Shown here one piece after another: positions 45,237 to 53,484 of a stretch of 64,000 nt of DNA; position 1 is the stretch's first letter, and every line of letters begins with the position of its first letter. The notes beneath the pieces were generated by a model that worked only from the letters and a program-made list of their open reading frames with translations, did no database searches and had not been told where the DNA came from. Origin of the DNA: an uncultured Candidatus Saccharimonadales bacterium (GTDB taxonomy: Bacteria > Patescibacteriota > Saccharimonadia > UBA4664); assembly GCA_964609585.1 (NCBI GenBank), contig CAZSRA010000004.1, positions 27,417 through 91,416 of the forward strand, written 5' to 3'. Made by a program: the position numbers and the translations under genes.

Positions 45237-47583
45237 TACCGGTGAGGACGGAGATCGCGGTTGCCGCGATCTTGGACTGACCGGTGGTGCTGCCGCTGCC
45301 CGGGGTGGGGTGCGGGTAGCCGTAGATCCGGTTGGTGGAGATGTAGCCACCTGCGACCGGGCTCGTGCCCAGGGCGGAGGTGGCGGTGAGGTCAACGTAC
45401 TTGACGTTGGTTCCGCTCACGTAGGTGTGGTCGCCGTTGAGCTCGACTACCACGCTGTGGATGCCCTTGGTGCTGCCGGAGTCGGCGTAGCAGGAGTTGC
45501 CAGTGCTATCGACGACATTCGGGTAGCCGACGTTCAGAATCCTGACACCCGGCGAGGCAGCGGCTGCCACCGTCTCCATGCCTTGCAGGTTGCTCTGGAT
45601 GAGCCCGGAAACGGTGAAGCCGGTGCCGGGGTCGGGAACCGTGAGGTTGTCGTAGACGGAGTTGGCGTCCGGGCAGTTGGTGATGCCGCTGGTGACGGCC
45701 CAGGGTTTGACGCTGGGCGTGTTCCAGTTCGCGAGGTACCAGTTGGCCAGGACGTCAGTCCAGTTGGTGTCGTCGGCGCCGCCGGTCATGCTGACGACGT
45801 TCCAGGAGTCGTACCGCGTGTATAACGCGAGACTGAGCTTTGCGGATTGGGTGTCTCCGCTGGCCCAGGCTGCGGTTCCCGGGGTCGCCAGGTCGCTGCC
45901 GAAACTACTGGTTGGGGCTCCGCTGCGAGCGATCAGGTAGGCCGGCATCCCATCGGAGCCGGTTGCTCCCATACTGATTTGCCAGACTGAAGGGGCGTGC
46001 GTGGAGCTGTTGTAGCTGGCCACGGCCGTGTTCACCCAGGATGCGGTCGCGTCGTTGGGCGTGGGGTCGTTGCTGGGGAGGTACGAAGCACCATCGGCGC
46101 AACTGATGGTCTTGCCGAGGTACTTCACTGCGGCGTCCGCTTGAGTGGGACACTGTGGCTGATCCGATGCCTCGTGGTGGCCGCTGCTGAACGAGTCGCC
46201 GACGGCAGCCCAGATGGGGGCCTTCGGTGTGTGTACCCTGAGAGGTGTGCTCCAGCTACCGGCGGTTCCGCCGGTGCTCACTGGGCGCACCCACAGGTAC
46301 CAGTCTTGGTCGGGCTGCGTGCCGCCGCCCCAGGTGGTGCCGGTACCCGAGTACTTGCCAAGGAAGCTGATCGGTCCCTTCTTCGTGCTCATGTTGGTGA
46401 TGGTTTGGAGGTAGCTCGTGTTCGGAGCGGTCGTGCTCGACGTCGACCATCCGAGGTCGAACCGCTGGTTGCCGGTGGCCGAGAGACTTACCGTCACCTG
46501 GCGGGTGTACGGTGCGTCGCTGGCCGACGGGGCACTGAACGTCGCGGTGCTATTGGACGGCGGGGCTGGGGGCCAGGCCGCGTTGACGAGGGAGAACCAC
46601 GACTGGACATGGCCGCTGGAGGCGGTCAGGTCGGTGGCAGTGCCACCGCTCGAGCTGATGCTGAACACGTCTTCGGAGCCGCTCGTCGTGTTGTTGCTGG
46701 CGAAATACACCGTGCTGCCGTTGGCCGACACGCGCGGCAGTTCGTCAGTGCGCGAGTAGGACTCCGTCGTCAGGGCGTTGCGGGTCACGGTTGTCGTGCT
46801 GAATCCGTTTGACGAACCAAAGTACGAAAGGCCGCCTCCGTTCTCATCACTGTTGAAGTAGATCCGCGATCCATCCGGCGACCAGGCAGGCTCGACATCG
46901 TTGTATGAGCCAAGCGCCGAAGTGAGGCGATGCTGGTTGGTGCCGTCTGCGTTCATGATCCAGATCTGTGTCTGGTTCGTGCCGCTCGGGTCGACGAGGT
47001 CGTAGGTGAGCTTGGTGCCGTCCGGTGACCACGCGACGTCGAGATCGCTCACGTTGTTGGTCGTGAGCTGAACCACACCGCCGGTGCCGTCCGACCTGAC
47101 CTTGTAGACGTTGGTGTTGATCCCGCCCGGCACGGAGTAGCGCCGGGTGAACGCGATCCAGGAACCGTCCGGCGACCAGTGCGGGTTGTCCTCGGTGAAG
47201 TTGTCCGTCGAACCGGCCTGGGTGAGGGTTGTGATACCCGATCCGTCCGAGTTGGCGAGGTAGATCCCCGAGTAGCTGGTTGGGTAGCCAACGTAGGCGA
47301 CCCGCGACCCGTCTGGGGAGACGTCCGGCTGGCTCGGCGATTGTGTGCTCTCGATGATCGTCGAGACCGTACCGGTGGAGCCATCGCGCTTGGCGATGAT
47401 GCCGTTTCCACCGGAATCCATACCGTCGTACATGATGTCGCCAGCGGCGACATCGGCGTGAGCCATCGGCGCCGTGGCGACGATGTTGAAGACCGGGAGT
47501 CCGATGACGGTTCCGATCGCTAGCGCGAAGGCGAGCAAGATTGCTCGCAGTCCGCTGCTAGGTGGTGTCGGTCGTTGAGACAC
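45226..47583 (-). CDS. secreted PD40 (TolB-like) beta-propeller + SGNH/GDSL hydrolase fusion protein (785 aa), ~65% GC
   Basis: GTG start with SD AAAGGAGT; signal peptide; four SPDGS(R/W/K)(V/I/L)x(Y/F) PD40 repeats; GDSL block IWAAVGDSFSSG. Confidence 0.6.
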   Translation of the reverse strand: MSQRPTPPSSGLRAILLAFALAIGTVIGLPVFNIVATAPMAHADVAAGDIMYDGMDSGGNGIIAKRDGSTGTVSTIIESTQSPSQPDVSPDGSRVAYVGYPTSYSGIYLANSDGSGITTLTQAGSTDNFTEDNPHWSPDGSWIAFTRRYSVPGGINTNVYKVRSDGTGGVVQLTTNNVSDLDVAWSPDGTKLTYDLVDPSGTNQTQIWIMNADGTNQHRLTSALGSYNDVEPAWSPDGSRIYFNSDENGGGLSYFGSSNGFSTTTVTRNALTTESYSRTDELPRVSANGSTVYFASNNTTSGSEDVFSISSSGGTATDLTASSGHVQSWFSLVNAAWPPAPPSNSTATFSAPSASDAPYTRQVTVSLSATGNQRFDLGWSTSSTTAPNTSYLQTITNMSTKKGPISFLGKYSGTGTTWGGGTQPDQDWYLWVRPVSTGGTAGSWSTPLRVHTPKAPIWAAVGDSFSSGHHEASDQPQCPTQADAAVKYLGKTISCADGASYLPSNDPTPNDATASWVNTAVASYNSSTHAPSVWQISMGATGSDGMPAYLIARSGAPTSSFGSDLATPGTAAWASGDTQSAKLSLALYTRYDSWNVVSMTGGADDTNWTDVLANWYLANWNTPSVKPWAVTSGITNCPDANSVYDNLTVPDPGTGFTVSGLIQSNLQGMETVAAAASPGVRILNVGYPNVVDSTGNSCYADSGSTKGIHSVVVELNGDHTYVSGTNVKYVDLTATSALGTSPVAGGYISTNRIYGYPHPTPGSGSTTGQSKIAATAISVLTGTGW

Positions 47584-47714
47584 GACTTACTCCTTTGGCT
47601 GTCAAGCGACAAACAATCTCGGCCCTTAGCCGAGAGAGGCCCGCTGCGAGGTACAGCGGACTAAGCGAATATGCGGGATTAAAGAGGATATGTAAATGAT
47701 TTTTGGTCTAGTAA

Positions 47715-47744
47715 TTGACAGTCCCAAAGCATAAGTGGGATACT
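47715..47744 (+). promoter_or_regulatory. predicted promoter TTGACA-N18-GATACT (TG-extended) upstream of major pilin
   Basis: read directly from sequence. Confidence 0.35.
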
Positions 47745-47790
47745 GTATCCAAGTTGTAATATTTCAACACACTAACGAAAGGTGATTTAG

Positions 47791-48273
47791 GTGAGAAACC
47801 TCCTTAAGAAAGAAAAGGGTTTTACCCTTATAGAAATCGTGCTTGTCTTGGCCATTGCGGGTCTTTTGCTCGTGATTGTGTTCTTGGCGGTGTCTGGGGC
47901 TCAGAAGAGTCGGCGAGATACGCAGCGGAAGAACGACTTGAGCCGAGTAGCAGCTCAGCTGGAAAGTTTTGCTTCGAATAATAATGGATGCTACCCAGGA
48001 TCGGGTGGTCTAGGGGGTTGTCCTGCAGGTATATCAACATTTGCTGTTTTTGCAGCTAGTACCTACATCACAGGAGCAAATTTGACTGATCCGCTGCAAG
48101 GTGGTGCATATACTTATGCTGGACTAGTAACTCCAACTTCTGCTGTTGCTGCTGGCTTCCAGTATCAAATTGGAGCTGGTACTACTTGCGATGGAGTCGC
48201 AAATGCTAGTGCTCGAGTATATAGCTTGCGACTAGGTCTTGAGCAGGGCACTGGCTGCCGGGACAACAAGTAA
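47791..48273 (+). CDS. pilA: type IV pilin (major pilin candidate), class III signal KG|FTLIE
   Basis: GTG start with SD; GFTLIEIVLVLAIAGLLLVIV; two Cys pairs. Confidence 0.8.
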   Translation: MRNLLKKEKGFTLIEIVLVLAIAGLLLVIVFLAVSGAQKSRRDTQRKNDLSRVAAQLESFASNNNGCYPGSGGLGGCPAGISTFAVFAASTYITGANLTDPLQGGAYTYAGLVTPTSAVAAGFQYQIGAGTTCDGVANASARVYSLRLGLEQGTGCRDNK

Positions 48274-48301
48274 TCCAAAAAACGGATTCGCGATTTCCAA
48301 A

Positions 48302-48328
48302 AAAAAGAGGCCTTCGGGCCTCTTTTTA
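48302..48328 (+). terminator. rho-independent terminator after pilin gene
   Basis: agaggcc ttcg ggcctct ttttt. Confidence 0.75.
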
Positions 48329-48342
48329 GGTATAATCTTCTT

Positions 48343-48774
48343 ATGCTTCGTGAGTCGAGGGGTTTTACTATTATTCAGCTTATTACTGCTATGACGGTGG
48401 TAGGGCTTTTGGTAGTGGGGTTGGTGGTGCATGAATTGAAGATTGCGCAGCAGGATGATCAGCGGAAGGGGAATTTGGCGCTGGTGGAAGGGCTGGTGAG
48501 CCGGTATGCGGAGAATCATTTGGGGCGGTATCCGTCGACGAAGGAGGCGAGCATACTGGGCACAGATTTTCAGATGCAATTTGATGGTTTGCGGCTTTTG
48601 GACCCGAAGACGGGGCATTATTATGTGTTGGGATCGGATTTTGGGCCTTGTAATGGTGGTGCGGACACGCCGGACCGGGGGCCGGGATATGTGAGCTATA
48701 AGAGTCCGGGGGATAATGGCCCGTATGCTTTGAGGATTTGTTTGGAAAAGGGAGAATTTTACGTTGGCAATTAG
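48343..48774 (+). CDS. pilin-like protein with Gln at position +5 (G|FTIIQL) instead of the conserved Glu
   Basis: TATAAT at 48331-48336 only ~6 nt before ATG (possible leaderless); prepilin-like hydrophobic N-terminus. Confidence 0.55.
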   Translation: MLRESRGFTIIQLITAMTVVGLLVVGLVVHELKIAQQDDQRKGNLALVEGLVSRYAENHLGRYPSTKEASILGTDFQMQFDGLRLLDPKTGHYYVLGSDFGPCNGGADTPDRGPGYVSYKSPGDNGPYALRICLEKGEFYVGN

Positions 48775-49555
48775 CTACGGGCTCGTGGAGGTGCTGTTTG
48801 GGCTGATTTTTGGATCGGCGATCAATGCGATGGTGTGGCGGCTGAAGGTGGGGCGGAGCTGGGCGCGGGGTAGGAGTGTGTGCTCGGAATGTGGACATAC
48901 GCTGGCTGCGAAGGATTTGGTGCCGGTGCTGTCGTGGATTGCTTTGGGCGGAAAGTGCCGGTATTGCCGGAAGCCGATTGCCGATCACCCGGTAGTGGAG
49001 CTGGTGACGGGAGTAGTGTTTGGCGTGTCGGCGTATGTGCTAGCGCCGACGAGTCTGGCGGGCTGGGTGGGGCTCGGGTTTTGGCTGGTGCTTGTGGTGA
49101 TGCTTTTGGTGCTGGCGGTATACGACGCGCGGTGGATGATTTTGCCGGATGTGGTGATGGTGCCAACGATCGTGGTGGCGCTCGTGTATACGGTGGTGAT
49201 GGCGGTGATGGCTCGTAGCCCGCAGGTGGCGCTGGGGGCATTTGAGGCGGCGGTGGCGGTCGGCGGGGCTTTTTATGGGCTGGTAGTGGTGACAAAGGGT
49301 CGCGGGATGGGTGGTGGCGATATAAAGCTAGCGTTTGCGATGGGACTGGTGCTGGGCTTGCAGGGTACGGCGATAGCGATGTTTGTGGCTTTTAATGTGG
49401 CGGCGGTGGTAGGCTTGGTGTTGATTGCGAAGCGCAAGCGGGGCCGGCGTGATCATATGCCGTTTGGGCCGTATTTGGTGGGGGGGACGATGGTGGCGTT
49501 TTTGTTTGGGCGGCAGATTGTGGCATGGTATCTGAAATTAAATGGGTTATATTGA
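48764..49555 (+). CDS. pilD: prepilin peptidase (A24 family) PilD
   Basis: N-terminal CxxC...CxxC, catalytic Asp motifs (VYDARWMILPD, GGGDIK). Confidence 0.85.
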   Translation: MAISYGLVEVLFGLIFGSAINAMVWRLKVGRSWARGRSVCSECGHTLAAKDLVPVLSWIALGGKCRYCRKPIADHPVVELVTGVVFGVSAYVLAPTSLAGWVGLGFWLVLVVMLLVLAVYDARWMILPDVVMVPTIVVALVYTVVMAVMARSPQVALGAFEAAVAVGGAFYGLVVVTKGRGMGGGDIKLAFAMGLVLGLQGTAIAMFVAFNVAAVVGLVLIAKRKRGRRDHMPFGPYLVGGTMVAFLFGRQIVAWYLKLNGLY

Positions 49556-49564
49556 TAAGTACTT

Positions 49565-50209
49565 ATGGCTATGAAGAGACAAGCTGGTTTTACGCTGATT
49601 GAGCTCATTTTGGTGATGGCGATTTCGTCGATGTTGGCGGTGATAGCCTTTGCTGGGCAGCGGGGACTGCGGAGTCAGAGTCAGTTTGACGCTGACGTGA
49701 ACAAGCTGGTATCGACGATTGCGGATGCGCGCAACGAGGCGACGGCGGCGGTGAATATGGCGGGACCGGGCAATGGGTCGAAGAATTGTTTGATTAATAC
49801 GGTGCCAGGGGCTCAATACGTGTTTGCGGGAGTGGTGTGGAGTGCGATTGATGCGCCGGGAGGCGCGACGTTTCGCCTGGACTTTTATGCCGCCGACCGG
49901 AATGCGGCGCCAGCGGTAGCATGTGTGTTTGATACCCGCACGATTAGCGTGACGTCGGCGGTGATGCGCGTAAATGTGGCACCGGGGACGGGTGTGGCGA
50001 AGTCGGTATTTATACGTGACAACACGGGTAATTTGAACGTGTGCGCCGTGACGGCGGCGGCAACGAATGTGCTCACGAGCTTTACGGCTGGGAACTGCGT
50101 GGCGGGAGCGGCTGGTAATACGGCACTGGTGGTGAATTTGAGCGATGCCGATGGGCATACGTCGAAGGTGCAGGTAGATCCGAGCGGACTGGCACGGCGA
50201 ATTAACTAG
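49565..50209 (+). CDS. minor pilin / pseudopilin (FimT/GspH-like), prepilin motif G|FTLIE
   Basis: MAMKRQAGFTLIELILVMAISSML. Confidence 0.7.
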   Translation: MAMKRQAGFTLIELILVMAISSMLAVIAFAGQRGLRSQSQFDADVNKLVSTIADARNEATAAVNMAGPGNGSKNCLINTVPGAQYVFAGVVWSAIDAPGGATFRLDFYAADRNAAPAVACVFDTRTISVTSAVMRVNVAPGTGVAKSVFIRDNTGNLNVCAVTAAATNVLTSFTAGNCVAGAAGNTALVVNLSDADGHTSKVQVDPSGLARRIN

Positions 50210-50230
50210 CCCCGGCGTGTCCATGGTATA

Positions 50231-50821
50231 TTGAAGGTACTTATGCTTATGAACAGGGTTAGAGCGGTGCAGAGAGGCGAGCGGGGTTTTACTTTGATAG
50301 AGCTCCTGGTGGCGATGTCTGTGTTTAGCTTTATGTTGGTGATTGTGGTGACGGGTTTCATTAACATCGTGCGGCTTCATGATGAAGCTTTGGCTGCAAA
50401 CTTGGCCCAGGATAATGCGCGGGTAGCAATGGACGAACTGGTGAGAGGGGTGAGGAATTCTACGGGTGCAGCTTCGGCGACGGGTACCGGTGCCTCGGGT
50501 GTTTTGTGTTTGAATAGCTTAACGGGTTTGCCGGTAGCATACTATGTGCAGGGGGGCGTGCTGATGCGGGCGAACGATTGTGCAGCCCATAGTAATCCGG
50601 CGGCTATTACGTCGAGCTCGGTGTTTGTGTCTGACTTTACGCCGGCACAGCTGTCGCAGGGGCCAAAGGTGGTGAGGCCGCTGGTGCAGATGTCGGTGAC
50701 GGTGGGTTCAAATAACGGCACAACGGCAGGCTCGGGGGCGGCGCTTACGTGTGGTAGCACTAATGCGGACCGGACGTTTTGCTCGGTTGTAACGTTAACT
50801 TCGGAGGCGGCACCACGATGA
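50231..50821 (+). CDS. minor pilin (PilW-like), prepilin motif G|FTLIE
   Basis: RGERGFTLIELLVAMSVFSFML; start may be 50249. Confidence 0.6.
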   Translation: MKVLMLMNRVRAVQRGERGFTLIELLVAMSVFSFMLVIVVTGFINIVRLHDEALAANLAQDNARVAMDELVRGVRNSTGAASATGTGASGVLCLNSLTGLPVAYYVQGGVLMRANDCAAHSNPAAITSSSVFVSDFTPAQLSQGPKVVRPLVQMSVTVGSNNGTTAGSGAALTCGSTNADRTFCSVVTLTSEAAPR

Positions 50822-51876
50822 GACTACGAGAATTGCATATTTCGCGAATTACTTTGTCAGGTTCTGCGAGCCTCGAGCCCGGCCGGGATGGCTTTGTTTC
50901 GTTATTTACGGCGATTATGTTGAGTCTGTTGCTCATGGTGATTACGGTGAGTTTGGTGTCGCTAGAGGCACTGCAGTTGCGCAAAGCCGAAGACTCCGAG
51001 CAAACGCTTCGAGCGTACTATGCGGCAGAAGCGGGGGTTGAGGACGCCGTGAGCAAGGTGCTTAATAGCCCTTCGCGGGTGGCTCAGCCGTGTACCACTA
51101 ATACGAGCTACGATATTCCGGGTGCGGCGGGGTGGACGTGTCAGCAGATTACGTTTTCGGGAGCGCCTTCCGGTAAATTGACGGCAGATACGGCCACAAC
51201 GGTGGATCCGGGCCATGTGACGGGGCCGGGTTATAATAGCGCGATTGTGGAGTGGAATCAGGCGTCGAGCGGATCGTTTAGTGTGGGCGCGAGTTTGCCA
51301 TCTCAGGCCGGGTATACGGCTGCGGCACCACCGCTTGAGATCTCGATTGCATCGTACCCGTCGGCCGGGTTTAAGGCGAGTGATATTGGCGGGTCGGTGA
51401 AGTTGCAGAACGCTTTGATTGTGCCCAGGGGTAATACGGGTGCGTATCAGGTAAACTTTGCCGGATTGCTCGGGGGCGGGCAGTGGAATGGGAATTGTGG
51501 CGCTTTGGGACGCAGTTATACGATTAGTGGTAAGGCTTATACAGCAGCCTATAACTGCTATGCGGTGATTACGAATTTGACTACGGCTAAGGATTATTTG
51601 TTTCGGATTCGGTCACGGTATTTGCCCACGACGTACCGGATGACGTTTATGACGAGTGCAAATGGTGGGGGATCGGTAGTGCCAGTGCCGGATGGGATGG
51701 CTACCATTGATGTGACAGCCCAGGCTGGACAGACATACCGCCGGGTGATTTCAAAACTGCCTTTGGGAGTGGGAGCTGAGGCGACTTTGAACTACGTGAT
51801 TTATTCGGATACCAATGTGTGCAAGAACTTTACGGTACTCGATAACGTGGCACCACCGCCAAATACAGGGTGTTAA
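50818..51876 (+). CDS. PilX-like minor pilin/pilus-associated protein (non-canonical prepilin N-terminus)
   Basis: ATGA overlap with previous gene; hydrophobic segment GFVSLFTAIMLSLLLMVITV. Confidence 0.45.
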   Translation: MRLRELHISRITLSGSASLEPGRDGFVSLFTAIMLSLLLMVITVSLVSLEALQLRKAEDSEQTLRAYYAAEAGVEDAVSKVLNSPSRVAQPCTTNTSYDIPGAAGWTCQQITFSGAPSGKLTADTATTVDPGHVTGPGYNSAIVEWNQASSGSFSVGASLPSQAGYTAAAPPLEISIASYPSAGFKASDIGGSVKLQNALIVPRGNTGAYQVNFAGLLGGGQWNGNCGALGRSYTISGKAYTAAYNCYAVITNLTTAKDYLFRIRSRYLPTTYRMTFMTSANGGGSVVPVPDGMATIDVTAQAGQTYRRVISKLPLGVGAEATLNYVIYSDTNVCKNFTVLDNVAPPPNTGC

Positions 51877-52409
51877 TCATGAAGAAGTTTTTGGCTTCAC
51901 AGAGCGGTGATACGATTATTGAAGTGACGATGGCGCTGGCGATTTTGGCGGTAGTGCTGATGAGTGCGACGCTGGTGACGACGCGAGCTTTTCGGCTTGG
52001 GCAAACGGCGCGAGAGCGGACAACGATGGCGGAGGCAGCGCAGGGGCAGGCGGAAGAACTGCGGAGTTTTCGGGATAATCATACGTGGTCGGAGTTTTTG
52101 TATGGGGGTTCCATTGCGGGGGTGGCCTACAATGGGGTACTGACGATTCCGGGTGGTCCGGGATGTCATGTTTCGACGCCTTGTGCGCATATGTTGTATC
52201 GAACGTTTGCTGCGGGGGCGGTGGAATTTGTGCCTTCAGCCTCGCCGGTGGCGGGTCCGGTGCCTACGTCTTACTTGGAGATTTCGGTAACGCCGTTGAC
52301 GGCTCCACCGGTTACGAGCGTGAGCGTAACGGTGAGCTACGGCTTTACTGAGCTTGGTGGCTCCAATGTGGACGCGGGCCACATAAAGACAACGCTTACT
52401 CAGCTTTAG
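51870..52409 (+). CDS. minor pilin (PilV-like), prepilin motif G|DTIIE
   Basis: QSGDTIIEVTMALAILAVVLM. Confidence 0.5.
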   Translation: MLIMKKFLASQSGDTIIEVTMALAILAVVLMSATLVTTRAFRLGQTARERTTMAEAAQGQAEELRSFRDNHTWSEFLYGGSIAGVAYNGVLTIPGGPGCHVSTPCAHMLYRTFAAGAVEFVPSASPVAGPVPTSYLEISVTPLTAPPVTSVSVTVSYGFTELGGSNVDAGHIKTTLTQL

Positions 52410-53325
52410 GGCGGCTGTGGAACTTTTCGTGGACGGCTTTGAGCTGAGGATCGGTGATATGGGTGTAGATTTGAGTGGTAGCGATGTTGGCGTGTCCGAG
52501 AAGGCCCTGGACACTACGGATGTCGGCGCCGTTGATGAGTAAGTCGGTAGCGAAGCTATGGCGCAGGGTGTGGGGTGTGACGTCCTTGGTGATACCGGCA
52601 GCTACGGCGTAGCGTTTTACGAGGCGCTGGACGCTACGGACGGTGAGACGGGTATACATACCGCCTTCAGCGTCATCCTGGGTGCCGGAGTAGTGGATGA
52701 AGAGGGGTTTGCCGGAGTCTCCTCGGGTTTTTAGATAGCGATCGATCCAGGTGGCAGCTTGCTCGGAAATGAAGATGGGGCGGTCTTTTTGACCCTTGCC
52801 GCGGACCATGAATTCGCGGCGGTCGAGATTAATGTGGTCGATGTTTAGATCCACGAGCTCGGATACGCGCAGGCCGCCGGAAAAGAGGAGCTCGATGATG
52901 GCGCGGTCGCGCAGGCCTACGGGATTGCTCGTGTCGATGGCGTCGAGGAGGCGCTCGACTTCCTCGGTTTCGAGGAAGGTGACTTTGGGACGGACGGTTT
53001 TGGCGAGCTCGATTTTGGCGGAGTCGAGGGCTGCAATGTCCCGCTTGGCGAGGTATTTGAGGAAGCTCCGTAGGGCTATGAGGTGATAGTTTTGGGTGGT
53101 TTTGGTGAGCTCGTGGCCGGTGGAATCCTTGGTGCGATTGAGGTGGAGGCGCCATTGGCGGATCATTTCAGCGTCGAGTTTTTGGATGTCGCAGTCGCCA
53201 GAGAATTCGACTAGGCGCTGGAGGTAATGATCGTAGTTGCTGATGGTTTTTTGGCTACGGTTTTGCTCCACTTCGAGATGTTCGAGGAAGTCGGTGACGA
53301 GTTCGGAGAGAGGGAGCGTGGCCAT
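52396..53325 (-). CDS. xerD: tyrosine site-specific recombinase XerD/XerC family
   Basis: C-terminal HTLRHSFAT...LLGHANIATTQIYTH with catalytic Tyr. Confidence 0.85.
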   Translation of the reverse strand: MATLPLSELVTDFLEHLEVEQNRSQKTISNYDHYLQRLVEFSGDCDIQKLDAEMIRQWRLHLNRTKDSTGHELTKTTQNYHLIALRSFLKYLAKRDIAALDSAKIELAKTVRPKVTFLETEEVERLLDAIDTSNPVGLRDRAIIELLFSGGLRVSELVDLNIDHINLDRREFMVRGKGQKDRPIFISEQAATWIDRYLKTRGDSGKPLFIHYSGTQDDAEGGMYTRLTVRSVQRLVKRYAVAAGITKDVTPHTLRHSFATDLLINGADIRSVQGLLGHANIATTQIYTHITDPQLKAVHEKFHSRPKAE

Positions 53326-53484
53326 GGATTTATGGTATCACGTTGTTGCAAGGAGGGCGCGTTGGAGGTCGAAAGGTAGGCTTTGCTCGAGGAAACCGGT
53401 GCGCTGGCCGATTTCGACGGCGTGGTGGGGATATGCCCTTCTTGTGGACGGGTCAATTGGCTGGTCTCCTGGTACAATTGCGGT

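Noticed and set aside
40553-47583. Using C-ending codon usage of the minus-strand genes (cassette genes, PD40-SGNH) as proof of actinobacterial origin
   Set aside because: Native minus-strand genes (EEP, ychF, xerD) are also C3-rich because of strand asymmetry. Only their higher overall GC and protein features remain as weaker evidence.
30138-47745. Recurring AGCATAAGT / AGCATAATA motif near several promoters (30141, 31200, 42109, 42564, 47728)
   Set aside because: Occurs in both orientations and at different positions relative to -35/-10. Could be chance in AT-rich promoter DNA, and it cannot be tested by eye.
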